Shown: positions 24,722 through 38,701, counted from the stretch's first letter. The stretch is DNA of 64,000 bases from Octopus sinensis (GCF_006345805.1 NC_042999.1:157170001-157234000); one strand, 5' to 3'. Notes: generated from the letters alone by a model not told the origin. Numbers and translations are program-made.

Positions 24722-24897
24722 CATACATATATACGACAGGCTTCTTTCAGTTTCCATCTACCAAATCCACTCACAAGGCTTTGGTCGGCCCAAGCCTATA
24801 GTAGAGGACACTTGGCCAAGGTGCCACGCAGTGGGACTGAACCCGGCACCATGTGGTTTGTAAGCAAGCTACTTACCACACAGCCACTCCTGCGCCT
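24473..24897 (-). mobile_element. SINE family A
   Basis: Full-length copy starting ~16 bp after the donor of the exon at 24373-24456. Confidence 0.9.
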
Positions 24898-25166
24898 ATA
24901 ATTATTTTCACAAATAATCTAAGCTTAACTGAATAATACATGTCAGCATATTATTATTTTAAACTAATATTAAGTGGTGAGAATCAAACCCATGCTCAAC
25001 ACATGATCTATTTACAACCCTGCTTTAAATATTTATGAGGTTCAGAGTAAATATTTGTGTCCGTGTCACTTGATATTTTTTCTTTCTTTTTTCGTGCTGT
25101 GCTTCTAGCAATGATATGTGCCCACAGCTATCTGCTGGCTGATTAATCTAAGACATTGTGCACAAT

Positions 25167-25550
25167 CATCATCATCATCATCACATTCATCATCATTTAA
25201 CGTCCGTTTTCCATGCTAGCATGGGTTGGACGATTTTGACTGAGGGCTGGCAACCAGATGGCTGCACCAGGCTCCGATCTTGATCTGGCAGAGTTTCTAC
25301 AGCTGGATGCCCTTCCTAAGGCCAACCACTCTGAGAGTGTATTGGGTGCTTTTTACGTGCCACCTGCACGGGGGCCAGTCAGGTGGTACTGGCAATGACC
25401 TCACTCGAATCTTTTTACACATGCCACCGGCACAGGTGCCAGTGAAGTGACATTGGTAACAATCACGATTGAATGGGTGCCCTTTTACATGCCACAGGTA
25501 TGGAAGCCAGTTGGCTGCTCTGGCAACGATCACACTCGGATGGTGTTCTT
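25167..25550 (-). mobile_element. Family E retroposon
   Basis: Same motifs plus internal repeats. Confidence 0.85.
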
Positions 25551-25586
25551 GGCACAGGACTTGCTACTTCCTCCCCACCAACACTC

Positions 25587-25970
25587 TGGAAGCACTCCGT
25601 CAGTTACGACGACGAGGGTTCTGGTTGATCCGAATCAACGGAACAGCCTGCTCATGAAATTAACGTGTAAGTGGCTGAGCACTCCACAGACACGTGTACC
25701 CTTAACGTAGTTCTCGGGGATATTCAGCGTGACACAGAGAGTGACAAGGCCGGCCCTTTGAAATACAGGTACAACAGAAACAGGAAGTAAGAGTGAGAGA
25801 AAGTTGTGGTGAAAGAGTACAGCAGGGATCACCACCATCCCTGCCAGAGCCTCGTGGAGCTTTAGGTGTTTTCGCTCAGTAAACACTCACAACGCCCGGT
25901 CTGGGAATCAAAACCGCGATCCTATGACCGTGAGTCCACTGCCCTAACCATAGGGCCATTGCGCCTCCAC
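25587..25970 (-). mobile_element. SINE family B
   Basis: Full-length copy. Confidence 0.9.
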
Positions 25971-26412
25971 TACTACCACTCTATATAAACTAACACACAC
26001 ATTATAGCTCCCCTATTTCGATACCAATACTTTGGCTGTAAACTACGAACGCAAAAGAATCTGCTGAATAATTATAATAGGAATAATAAACAAAGATATG
26101 AAGATAGGGAACATAATTCTTATGAACTGCTTTCTTTATTGTTATTGTTTTTTTGTTTTGTTTTTTTTTTGTAGATGATACAGAACATAAGCATGCCAAG
26201 CTTGTTGGAGACAAAATGTGGGCAAGAGTGAAATACACTTTAGAAAACATGAGCAATGAGAACATGTAATGTTAGAGTTGATGGCTTAAAGCTCAACTGG
26301 CATAATTGACGCTATTAATGATTTCATAAAATGAACTCATATTACACAGCCACATACATTTGAACTTTCATCCTACACTGCAAGGACACTCTTTTTTGTC
26401 AGCTGTCAACAG

Positions 26413-26468
26413 AAGATTACAATGATTGTACAGATTACCAAAAGTATTACTCGTTCCAGTGGACCTAA
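26413..26468 (+). CDS. Candidate terminal coding exon of gene A (EDYNDCTDYQKYYSFQWT*)
   Basis: cttttttgtcagctgtcaacag acceptor; phase 1 fits the previous exon; ends in TAA; short, so it could be chance. Confidence 0.35.
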
Positions 26469-27002
26469 GCAGTATTATTGCTATCAGAATGTCCAGGTTC
26501 TTTTTTTGCTTGCATTGTATTATTTTTTTATTCTCTTATTATCTATGCAGACACAACAGCAAATTGGATGCAGCAATTAACTGCTCCAACTTCACATCAG
26601 CTATTTTGCTTTACTACTTGCTGAGAGTTTGTTCTTATTTCAGATACCTTAACTATATTTATAATAAAGCATTCTTTTCTTCCCTCTTTAGTTTGCAAAT
26701 CATTCTCTGCTAGATAGATAGCACATTGGGAATCAAGCTACAAACCCACATCATCCCAGCTCTATAGGAAGACCTGTACACTGACATTCTTGTGCTGCAC
26801 ACAATTACTTATGTCCTTCATAATTTTGAAAGCCTACTCCATATTCCCTTTGCAAGTCACTATGAATACAACACTTATGAGTATTTTTTTAAAGTCCAAC
26901 CCTGTCATAAGGTCAGGTTGTAGCTTCATTATTGCAATGGGGTTTCAGGGAAGGAGTATCTTAGATTCATCTTCATCTTCCAATAATTAGCACCATTCAG
27001 CC

Positions 27003-27193
27003 ATGCAGGTAGCACGTAAAAAGCACCCACTACACTCTCAGAGTGGTTGGCGTTAGGAAGGGCATCCAGCCGTAGAAACTCTGCCAAGTCAAGATTGGAG
27101 CCTGGTGCAGCCATCTGGTTGCCAGCCCTCAGTCAAAACCGTCCAACCCATGCTAGCATGGAAAACGGACGTTAAATGATGATGATGATGATG
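27003..27193 (+). mobile_element. Family E retroposon
   Basis: Same motifs. Confidence 0.85.
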
Positions 27194-28618
27194 ATTCACA
27201 GATCTGGAGTTCAGTTTTACTTTGTTTACACAATTGCATTGTCTTTTCTTACCGTCAGTGTGAAAAACAACAGGGAGCAACTTCAAGCTGATACTTTTTG
27301 AATTGACATAATTGCATTGTAAGGATATTCAAGACTTGTTGGTGCTGGCAGGCATACTCTGGAAGACATGTCTTGCAATCTTCCAGGAATGCTACAATGG
27401 TACATAGCTTCCACGCTAATGACAATCAGCATTATTCCAACCAATGTTGACCAAAAATTGAAGTATATCATAGATATTTCTCATGGGGAATCACAGTATG
27501 CCTTATGATAACTTCAATTTCATTTCTGTCTTCTCACCCCATGCTGTCCCTTTGCATTGGCCTCTCAATGCTGCTGTTTTAATCATGCATTTCTCTTCAA
27601 TGTGGAAATTTTTCTTACTTTAAACACCTTCATCTGTAATGTTAAAGGCAGCAGGAGTTTTGCAGTAGCTATATACAGTCAAAATCCTGTAAGGCCTGGT
27701 GGGAGGCCAAATGATTCTCATAAGGACTTGCTAGCCCTCTTTTCATTCTCTCAACTATTATTAACAGTATTTGATGCATAGGAAAAAAAAAGTCATGTTG
27801 ATATTACACTATGAGCAGTTAGTCCTTGTCAATTTGATCTCAATCTCAATATACTTCTTGGCATCATTTAAAAGTGGTGCATAGACATTACCTCATCTTT
27901 GACCATTGATATACTGTTGGCACTGCCTCTGGAACAGGCCATCCAACTGAGCCATGAACATTTTTGTTCTTCCTTGTTTCCACTTTAGCAGAGATATCCT
28001 ACCTAGTTTTGTCAATTAATACACTTCAATACACCTTGAAAACATTTAAATATATTTAAATTTTTTCAAAGTATAAACCTTATCATTAACCTTACTTAAT
28101 ACATTTAATACTGTAATATTGTTTCCCCTCCAATATTTAATACTGAACATTAAACACCTAAAGTAAGGTAGATGAGGTTCACATTGAAAAGGTGAAAAGA
28201 TTAATAGATATTTAATACTGAATGTATTATATGTAGTTGTAAAGGTAAGACTAAGATGTTTTTTTAGAAAGTCTTTTGTTCATGAGAAAAAGAGTTCAGG
28301 TCTATTACTAGTGTTTCCTTGTATTTCGAAGTAGAATATTTTATGCCTAAATTGAGACACAGTTTACCATTTGTCTCTCAGTGCCATTCAATTTTAGCTG
28401 ATTTTAAGATTTACATGATGCCTGGTATCATGACAATTTGGTATGTAATAGCCTAAAATATGTAAAACATATCACACAGAGGCATGTTTCACTTATTGAA
28501 TGCATTTCTTGATCATGAAGCTTTTATTATCAGCCACTTTTCTCATAAGAAATTTGGTCAATGTTTAGAAATTTTTTAAAAGTATTTATTTTAAACTTGT
28601 GCATTAGATATATTTTAA

Positions 28619-28839
28619 CCCTTTAGCATTTAAACCGGCCATATCCGGCCAAAAGTATTCTGCCTGTTTTATGTTCAAAATGGCCAGATCTGGTCTCTCA
28701 CACCAACCCTACAATATCGTTTTAAAAATTAACAGCTACCTCATCAAAATCTCATAGCTACAAGATAATGCCTGATTGGTTCAAACCAATGTGGATGAAA
28801 AAGCATTAATTTTGGTAGAATAATGCGAACACTAAAAGG
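28619..28839. mobile_element. TTAA MITE family 2
   Basis: ttaa-ccctttagc...actaaaagg-ttaa. Confidence 0.8.
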
Positions 28840-29130
28840 TTAAAAAAGGCCCAAAACTAAAAACTACCTGACAAATCTCCATCTCAAACTTCTATGAGCT
28901 TGAACTCCTTCTGAATACTACACATCATTTCTTATTAACACACTAACCACAGATTCTATTCAGGGTCGTCGCATGACTTTTAGAGGCTCCCTTCAACTTT
29001 TTGTTTCGAGGCCCCATCTCTTCAATCAAAGTTCATAATCTTCACACCTTTTATTCATAGCTATATTTGACTTTATCCTAAAGAACATCTTTAAAAGTAC
29101 AATGAGATAAATTTACTACAGTATTTCACA

Positions 29131-29338
29131 TGCTGGGTGAAATGCTTAGCAGAATTTTGTCTACCGCTACGTTCTGAGTTCAAATTCCGCCGAGGTCAAC
29201 TTTGCCTTTCGTCCTTTCAGGGGTCGATTAAATAAGTACCAGTTACGCACTGGGGTCGATATAATCAACTTAATCCGTTTGTCTGTCCTTGTTTGTCCCC
29301 TCTGTGTGTAGCCCCTTGTGGGCAGTAAAGAAATAAGA
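29131..29338 (+). mobile_element. SINE family D
   Basis: Family similarity. Confidence 0.8.
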
Positions 29339-30282
29339 AATATTCATAATTTAATAAATGCCAAATCATTATGAGAAGGTGTTGCATAATAATGCAAACA
29401 CTTTTGTTGGTCAAAGAGCAAAGGTGTCTGTTTCATTGCATTCTGCCACACTTGGTTGTGCAAGGCTTGCTTATAACCAAAACATCCGACAAAGTGTCCA
29501 TTCTATACGAGGACAAACTGCAGACTGATTTTGCCTGTAGTATATTTTGGTGGGAAAAGGACTAACTCAATATTCTTGAGTTCTATCATGTGATTGGGCT
29601 GGCCAACTGTAGAACACATCAAATATTGTGTGTCTCTGCACATCTCTTTGCAGAGACGATATAGTTCTGCTACAGGTCTATTACAAATTTCAATAAGTAA
29701 AACTTCCAAATATGAATAAAAGAGCACTTTTATAATCCAAGCAACTTTCAAAAACAAACATAGCACACTTTTCACTTTGTGAAATCATCAATTAGCTCAG
29801 AATAATCAAGCTGAGAGCTAAGTTTGTGTTTGATACATATCATAGACAATCCACAAAGTCTTTCCAGTGCCATAGTGGACTGCAGATATGATTTAATCAA
29901 CTTTAATTTGGGAAAACTGCGCTCTCTGCTTGCAACATTCACAGGCATCAAAAGGATAATTCTCAAAGCCATTAACACATTAGGAAAAAATCTACATAAG
30001 GCCGGATTTCTGAATATAATCGACCACATCATAGACTTTCTTGCATTCAGGGGATAGAAAATACCAAAGTGAACAAAGTTCTTCCACTAGCTCTGTCTTC
30101 TCAATATCTGCCTTGGCAACGTCATCATTGGTACGTACCGTCAGTGCAGCAGAAACAGTTGCACAGTGTTCCAATAGCTTCTGATTTTCCCAATGTTTCA
30201 GTAAAGGAATGTTGTAAAGGAATGCAAGGATGTTATGCTTGCTCAACATATCAAAGTGTTCACCAAAGGAGACAAGAGCAAC

Positions 30283-30283
30283 G

Positions 30284-30314
<31 letters not shown>

Positions 30315-30560
30315 TTAACGTCCGCTTTCCATGCTAGCATGGATTAGACGGTTCAACTGGGGTCTGTGAAGCCAGACGGCTGCACCAGGCTCCAGTCTGA
30401 TCCGGCAGTGTTTCTACAGCTGGGTGCCCTTCCTAACGTTAACCACTCTGTGAGTGTAGTGGGTGCTTTTTACGTGCCACCGGCACAGGTGCCAGACGAG
30501 GCTGGCAAACGGCCGTGATCGGATGGTGCTTTTTATGTGCCACCGGCACAGGTGCCAGAC
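30283..30560 (-). mobile_element. Family E retroposon inside the hAT element
   Basis: Same motifs. Confidence 0.85.
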
Positions 30561-31907
30561 GATGAAAATGGAAATGCACTTTCAAATTTTGCAAAGCATC
30601 AGCAAGAGGTTCATCTTTACTTTCATATCCGAAGTGGTGTGGCATACAATGTCTCCTTTCACTTGGCATCTCCGCCAGTATCTCCAGTTGTTCACATAAT
30701 TCTGTTGTGACGTTGACTACTGATGAGAAAAAAAGCATGTCATTTTTTTCTCGATAGCTGTGCAGCAAGGACTGTGTGGATGAGATTTGTATGTTTTCAT
30801 GTTGAAGAAGCTTGCTGACCTTATTGACATCAATCAGCTGATCATACCATATTACCAATTACAGAAGAAAGCGGAAAGAAGAAATTTTTGCAGCTAATGC
30901 ATTTGCTTCTGAGTAAGCTGTGGAATCTTCCCCTTTTGAAGCTTTATGAATGCTTATCAATGCGCTATGGATCTCCTTGGTTTTGGATCAATGGGTTTTT
31001 ATGCTTTCAATTTTGCTTTCCCAGCAAGTGTCTGATGGATATTTCACAGTGATTGAGCAGAATTCCTTCAAAGTGTTCCATCTAGAAGTTGATGCAGCAA
31101 AGAATGAATACACATGCTGCAAGTAACCAAAGAAAGACACAGCCGGTGCTGATGAGCTTGCTGCATTGCAGACAACAAGGTTTAGACTGTGATTCAGGCG
31201 AGGTAAATAGAATGCTCACGGGTTCTTCAATAGAAATCTTGCTTGGACTCCAGAATGTTTTTCCCTTTATATTATTACCATTATCATAACTTTGGCCTCT
31301 ACAATATATCAAATCCAGCCCCAATGAAGTGAGCTTCTCCAAGAGTGATTCCAAAAATCCAGCTCCATTTTTGTCGGTTACTTTCAAAAATCCAACGAAG
31401 TACTCTTTGATTTCGGTTTTGTCAAACTTTTCGAAGTTTGATGAAATGGATGATTATAGTCCTTTGCTCCTGATGGCTGATATCTGGCATGCAATCAAGT
31501 ATAATGCTGTAGCATTTTGCAACCTTTGCCCGATTGATGATTTCTTTCAAAATGTGGTAAAAAATGAGTGATATCAATTCATTTTAACTGTCAGGTCCTA
31601 AATAATGATCCACTGTTTCTGCATTTTGAATATGCCGGAGGTGTTCTACCAAAATGGGATCAAACTTTGCAAGCAACTGCAATTCGCCTACAAAGTTTCC
31701 ATTACTATGGAAACACCACGAAAGGCTATATTCCTCTCTGCTAAAAACAGAAGTTTCTAAGTTCTACAATGTCAATATGAATGCCGTCAGATATAGTTTC
31801 TGGCCAAGATGCAGGGTCAGAAGTGATAGTGGTTGCACAACCATATTTTCAGCAATAGGTAAAGGTTGTTGATGACATGCATCATATAAGTCCTTCATCA
31901 AAATCAA

Positions 31908-32252
31908 TGGAAACTGCAGTTGTGATCCCTGAGCTGGTGGCACATAAAAAGCACCATCTGAAGGTGGCCGATGCCAGTGCCACCTCGACTGGCTTCCGTG
32001 CAGGTGGCACGTAAAATGCACCAATCCGATCGTGGCCGTTATCAACCTCGCCTGGCACCTGTGCAGGTGGCACGTAAAAAGCACCCACTACACTCACGGA
32101 GTGGTTGGCGTTAGGAAGGGCATCCAGTTGTAGAAACACTGCCAGATCAGACTGGAGCCTGGTGCAGCCTTCTGGCTTTCCAGATCCCCGGTCGAACTGT
32201 CCAACCCATGCTAGCATGGAAAACGGACGTTAAACGATGATGATGATGATGC
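31908..32252 (+). mobile_element. Family E retroposon inside the hAT element
   Basis: Same motifs. Confidence 0.85.
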
Positions 32253-34089
32253 TGAAAATGTAGTAACCTGCTGTGAATTTTCACATATTTGTTGTTGCTT
32301 GGTGTTTCCATCGTTATTTGCCTTCCTGTCTTCTCCAGGCAGTGGTGCATTGCTATTCGATGATAGTAATATCACTGATGTATATGGTAGCATATATTGA
32401 TCCATAATTCCAGCCATATGCTTCCTGTCGTTTGCCAGTTACTCTCGTTTTTTTGTACTTTTGTGCACCAGATTCATGCTTTCTGAATGACATCACTAGA
32501 GATCTGAAATACAAGTTGCTCAGTAAAAATAGCATGAAATTTATTGCATAAGATTAATGCAAGATTTACAAATGTTACATATACATGTAATACTCAGGGC
32601 CTTATCAACATAAATATGTATCTTGGCCAACATGTATTTGGTTTGTGGTGTATGCAAGATATTCGAAATAAGGACACCTACTTTCTCTTCGCTCGACGGA
32701 GACCTTTCAGCGGTAATGGACCCTTCAACGCAGCCCAACCTGAACACTAGAAATAGCAGCTGCTTCTCCCCTACCTTAACAATGTGCTCACGTGTCTCAC
32801 TCCCTCGGCTACCAAGTTCCGGTCAGCTCCCCAGTCATCCCACATGGTTATGACAAACAATATAGGGGATACAGATACAAGATACAAGTGTAATGTGTGG
32901 ACGTAAGTATAGCTACAGAACAAACAGTGAAATATGAATTTTAAAAATGCAATATATTTATTAAACCAATTTCTGCCCAATATTCCCTTTAGTGGGACGG
33001 TTCATTTATTGAGCTTTTTTTTTTTCAAATATCATTTCAAATAATTTATTTTCTACACAGTTGCCACAGATGCTTACATTTTGCTACCAAAGAATCCTGT
33101 TACCTTATTTCAGTGATATTCATTATCAACTGGTGTAGGGAAGCTTTTATTACATTCAGCAGGTTCATAAGAAATTATGGGAGAGAGACACAAGATCTTG
33201 GTTTGATATTTTTGTATCCTTGTTTTGGAGCTTGCCTGAGAAAGAACAGTGACATTTTCACGACTACGTTTAAAATATCCACGAATATCCATTTCAAATC
33301 AACTTATGTTAGAATCTTTAAAAAAAATCTTTAGAAAATACTTGTATGAATTAAAATACAAAAAAATTTCAGTCCAAAACAAAAGCAAACTTTTTCAAAT
33401 AATATATTTTTGTAAAATATGCTCGGATTTTCTCAAAGACTTGATAACAGTTAAAAACTTTGCAAGCAACTGCAATTCGCCTACAAAGTTTCCATTACTA
33501 TGGAAACACCACGAAAGGCTATATTCCTCTCTGCTAAAAACAGAAGTTTCTAAGTTCCACAATGTCAATATGAATGCCGTCAGATATAGTTTCTGGCCAA
33601 GATGCAGGGTCAAGACGATGTCGAGGTATCAAGTTAACAGTTAAATTCTGTATTTTGCTGTTAGCTGTTGCAATATTTTGATTGGATAGACAATTCTACA
33701 ATTCAAACTGTAAAGTCAAAATACCAAAGATGCAAAATATGAAGAATTCCTTACCTTTCTCTGAAATCACAAATTCATGAGAAAAATAATACTTTGCAAA
33801 ATAAAATACGTCGATCACAAACTAGTTACAACAGAAAAATTGAGATGCTTGGTGACAGTGAGCAAACAATATCTGTATCCCTATATATAGCCATAGATAG
33901 ATACATACATACACATACATACAGACACACAAAAGTCTGTGTGTGTGTGAGTGTGTGCATGTGCGCACACCTTGTTTTTGGTACAGAAATAAATTTGTCT
34001 TCAGTTTTTATTGCCTTTGGAGATCAAAGGCTACTGTTCTGGGTACAAAATGACTAACTTTTCAACAACGTCAAATAACAATGTTAAAT

Positions 34090-35345
34090 ATATATAGGGA
34101 GAATTCACAAAAAAACAAAAGACAAAGACAGGTGGTGTAGACAACAAACAGGTGTATTAGTTTAACACTCAGGAAGTGAAAAAGTCTTTAACGTTTTGAG
34201 CCTACGCTCTTCTACAGAAAGAAACAAAGAGAGAAAATAAAGAATGTGTAGTTGCTAGCACTCTATCATGGCGAATGCTGGACAGAGTGGTCACACAGGA
34301 GAGCTAGGAAGAAGGGAGGATAATAAAGTAGTAGTGATCCCAAAACAAAGGTGCACATGTGTGTGTATAAGAGAGTATGTATGTGCATGTGGAAGAGAGG
34401 TAGTGACCTTGAGGTGTGCATGTGTGTATGTGTAGGTGTTTGGATGTGGGGCTGGGAAGTGGTCAATGCTAGTGTGTGTGTGGTGGTATGATGTGATGTT
34501 GTGTGGTATGGTAGTATATGGTGTAGTGGTGTGTGGTGTGGTGGTGTTGGGATGTGGGGAGGCGAGAGTAGAGAAAGCAAGGGTGAGGTGTGGGTTAGGA
34601 TGAAGGTGGGGGAAGAGGTGGGGTATATGGGTAGGCTGAGGATGGGGGTAGAGGTGGAGTCTGTGGGAGTGGGTGTAAGGGATGGGATGGATAGGGAAAG
34701 TGGGGTCGGATTATGTAGGGTGAGGTTATGAGGGATGGGTGACGATAAAGGGGCTGGGGAAGGGAGAAGGTGGGTAGGAGTGAAGAGAAGAGAGAAAGAG
34801 AGTAGGAGTGAAGAGAAGTAGGAGTCAGAGCAAGAGAGGAGAGGTGGGTGGGAGAAAGTAGGTGTGAGAGGGAGAGAGGAGAGAGGTGGGTGGGAGAAAG
34901 TAGGTGTGAGAGGGAGAGAGGAGAGAGGTGGAGGTTAGATGAAGAGGGGAGGAGAGTTGAGTCCATGTGGTGCAAAGGAGCGAAGAGAGAAGATTAATCC
35001 CTATTCACGGTGCAACTGGGAGTCCAGATGGCCCCTGTGCAAGGACAATCTGAACACAAACAGGTATTGCAAAGAGTGACTGGTAGAGTGGAAATGGCGT
35101 GAGACCGAGGTGTCATTGCCGAGTTGGATGTCTTGGAGGTGTTCCACGAACCAGTCAGCCAAGCGGCATCCGGTTTGCCCGATGTATAGAGAAGGGCAGA
35201 GAGAGCAAGAGATGCAGTAGATGACATTGGTAGATGTGCAGGTGAAGGAGTCGGTGATATGATAGGGTCGATGATGGGTGCCAGTGAGGAGGGTGGTGTT
35301 AGAGAAGTAAGGGCAAGTGTAGCAGCGTGGGCTATCCACATGCTA
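34090..35345 (-). mobile_element. Penelope-like element 3' portion (GIY-YIG, long pyrimidine-rich 3' region, pLTR)
   Basis: TCTSTNVIYCISC...LYIGQTG...EH...VSRHF at 35001-35339; pLTR near 34090-34260. Confidence 0.88.
34185..34222 (-). ncRNA. Minimal type I hammerhead-like motif in a PLE pLTR
   Basis: tcttt CTGTAGA a gagc-gtag-gctc aAAA cg TT aaaga. Confidence 0.5.
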
Positions 35346-35508
35346 GAAATAACAACCAAATCTTACAGGAATTTGCTGAGCGAAAAAAAACTGCAATGAA
35401 ATAATGAAAGAAATATGTAATCAATCTACTCGCCTCTCTGCAAAGATTTCTTTCAGAGAAATTTCCCTCAGTAAAAATGAGGTATACTGTGACAAAGTTG
35501 TATAAAAG

Positions 35509-35920
35509 AGACGCAGGAGTGACTGTGTGGTAAGTAGCTTGCTAACCAACAACATGGTTCCGGGTTCAGTCCCACTGCGTGGCATCTTGGGCAAGTGTCT
35601 TCTGCTACAGCCCTGGGCCGACCAAAGCCTTATGAGTGGATTTGGTAGGCGGAAACTGAAAGAAGCCTGTCGTATATATGTATATACATATATAGGTATG
35701 TGTGTGTGTGTTTGTGTGTCTGTGTTTGTCTCCCAAGCATTGCTTGACAACCGACGCTGGTGTGTTTACGTCCCTGTCACTTAGCAGTTCAGCAAAATAG
35801 AACGATAGAATAAGTACTGGGCTTACAAAGAATAAATCCCGGGGGTCGATTTGCTCGACTAAAGGCGGTGCTCCATCATGGCCGCAGTCAAATGACTGAA
35901 ACAAGTAAAAGGGTAAAGAG
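35509..35920 (+). mobile_element. SINE family A
   Basis: Full-length copy. Confidence 0.9.
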
Positions 35921-36620
35921 AGAGAGTTTGTTGGAGATTTGACTTATTTCTGCACTCATATTTTTTGTAACTTTAAAGTTTCATTTTGAGAAGAAGAAAA
36001 AAACACTTTCAGTTGTAAAAACAAAAAATGAACATTTTCATTTCACTTTGACACTGTATACCTCATTTTATTGCGATCGTGAATTGTAAATTGGTTTCAA
36101 CAAAACGGTAAGATAATTTTTGTAAACCAACGGAAGATTAATTAGCTATATTATATTTCTTATTTCAGATTTTTTTTTTGTTCAATACAGAGAGGATGGT
36201 TAATGATAATTTCAAAACTTACGACAGAGTGAAATAGATATTCCAAAATCATGGCAACATTTGAGCCGACTAATTAAGAATTATGCGATTGTTGATATGT
36301 TTTGGTCAGAATTTTTATGGGTCAAAAAGTTAAAAGTCCATTCAACTATCTAGCCTGTCGAGTTAGCGACATCAATTACAAAGAATTGTTGACAAAGAAG
36401 AAGAGGAAAAATTGTTGATAAGAAAGGGAGGGAAAGCCAAAACATGCGTTTTTCTGAAAGCATGTCTTCCGTAGTTATTTTATGGAGATAAAAAAAAGAA
36501 TCTTACAGGCATTGAAATGGTAGGTATTGAAAGACAGGAAGTGGGTGGACAAAAGATTTCATATTCGTTTTCTTTAAGCATGCATACTAGAAGCAAAATG
36601 GAAACAGCGAAGTATCAATA

Positions 36621-36840
36621 TGGACGGGTTTCCTTCGAAACAAAGTAACCCTTTCAGCTCAGCTTCCAATAATTTGGACAACGATGTTGGTGTGTCTATG
36701 TCCTGTTACTTAGCGGTTCAGCAAAAAACCGATAGAATAAGTACTAGTCTTACAAACAATAAGTTCTGGGGTTTGAATTGTTCGACTAAAGGTGGTGCTC
36801 CAGCATGGCTGCAGTCAAATGAGCGAAACAAATAAAAGAG
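36621..36840 (+). mobile_element. SINE family A, diverged 3' part
   Basis: Body and tail similarity. Confidence 0.7.
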
Positions 36841-37268
36841 TACTTATTATTATTTTCCAACATTGACAGTTCACATTATCTTTTCTTTCTTAGCATTAAA
36901 TTTTTTCTAATGAAGGAACTTTTTAAACTGCAAAAAGGACAATTCATTTTACTACAAAGAAAATGATAATGAATTGTAGTGGTACATTTCACATCATATT
37001 ATCTCTCTCTCTCTCTCTTTGGATATATGTATGTATGTATATATATATAGAGAGAGAGAGAGAGAAAGAGAGATGCAGCATGAAGCTTTGTCAGTGAACA
37101 GGTCGCGGTCTCAAAGCGACGAAAATATTTTGACAAATTAAATTTAAATGTTGAAGTGAATTTAACGGTTTTGTGTGTTTCTTAAATGGCTTATAAACAC
37201 CTTCCACGCTGCAATTGTTTTCGTTCCAGCACACGATCTCAGATCAAGTCACTCGCTATGCAAGTACA

Positions 37269-37269
<1 letters not shown>

Positions 37270-37308
<39 letters not shown>

Positions 37309-37334
37309 CACATCTATATATATATATATAATAT

Positions 37335-37365
<31 letters not shown>

Positions 37366-37732
37366 TACACACTATATATGTATATATAATATATATAGAT
37401 GTATATATATTACTATATATATTTATATATATATATATATATTATATATATATATAATATATATATATACATATATATATTTATATATATATAGATATAT
37501 ATATATTATATTATATATATATATATATCATCATCTATCATCATCATCATATATATATGATATATATTTATATATATATATAATATATATATATTATATT
37601 TATATATATATATATATATAATATATATATTATATATATATATATATAATATATATATATTTTATATAATCTATTTATATATATCTTATATATATATATA
37701 TATATCTTATATTTATATATATATATATGATC

Positions 37733-37787
<55 letters not shown>

Positions 37788-37811
37788 GTATTTTATTATA
37801 TATCTAATATA

Positions 37812-37844
<33 letters not shown>

Positions 37845-38028
37845 TATATAATATATATTATATATTTATATATCTATGTATGTATGTATATATATATATA
37901 TATAGATATATATATATTTTATATATGTATGTATGTATATATATATATATATAATATATATTATATTTATATATATATGTATGTATGGATGTATGTAATG
38001 TATATATATAATATATATATAATATATC

Positions 38029-38062
<34 letters not shown>

Positions 38063-38115
38063 ATCTATGTATGTATGTATGTATTATATATTATATATAT
38101 ATATATATATATTAT

Positions 38116-38147
<32 letters not shown>

Positions 38148-38158
38148 TATATATATTT

Positions 38159-38209
<51 letters not shown>

Positions 38210-38494
38210 ATATATATTATTATATATATATATTTATATATATTATTATATATAATATTTATATATATATATGTATGTATGTATATATATATATAATTTA
38301 ATATTATTATGTATATGTATGTATGTATGTTGTAATATTATATAATATATATATTTATATATCTATGTATGTATGTATATATATATATAATATATATATA
38401 TATATTTATATTGTAGTATGTATATATATATATATATTATAATATATATATTTATATATATATGTATGTATGTATGTGTATGTATGTATATATA

Positions 38495-38550
<56 letters not shown>

Positions 38551-38617
38551 ATGTATGTATGTATGTATATTTATATATATATATATATTATTATATATAT
38601 ATATGTATGTATGTATG

Positions 38618-38652
<35 letters not shown>

Positions 38653-38701
38653 GTATGTATGTATATATATATATATTATTTATATTATAATATGTTGTAT
38701 G

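Larger units (their letters stand above)
29490..33650 (-). mobile_element. Fragmented hAT transposase (ZMYM1-like/DUF4371 type)
   Basis: N-terminal RKHESGAQK; FLAERNIAFRG...NGNFVGELQLLAKFD; CRGQSYDNGNNIKG; C-terminal dimerisation motif PVNVASRERSFPKLKLIKSYLQSTM; interrupted by retroposons. Confidence 0.85.

Noticed and set aside
26500-28030. Possible further coding exons
   Set aside because: Looks like heavily decayed minus-strand LINE sequence; no consistent splice or phase pattern.
36191-36240. Alternative terminal exon for gene A (ERMVNDNFKTYDRVK*)
   Set aside because: Phase fits, but support is no better than chance and weaker than the 26413 candidate.
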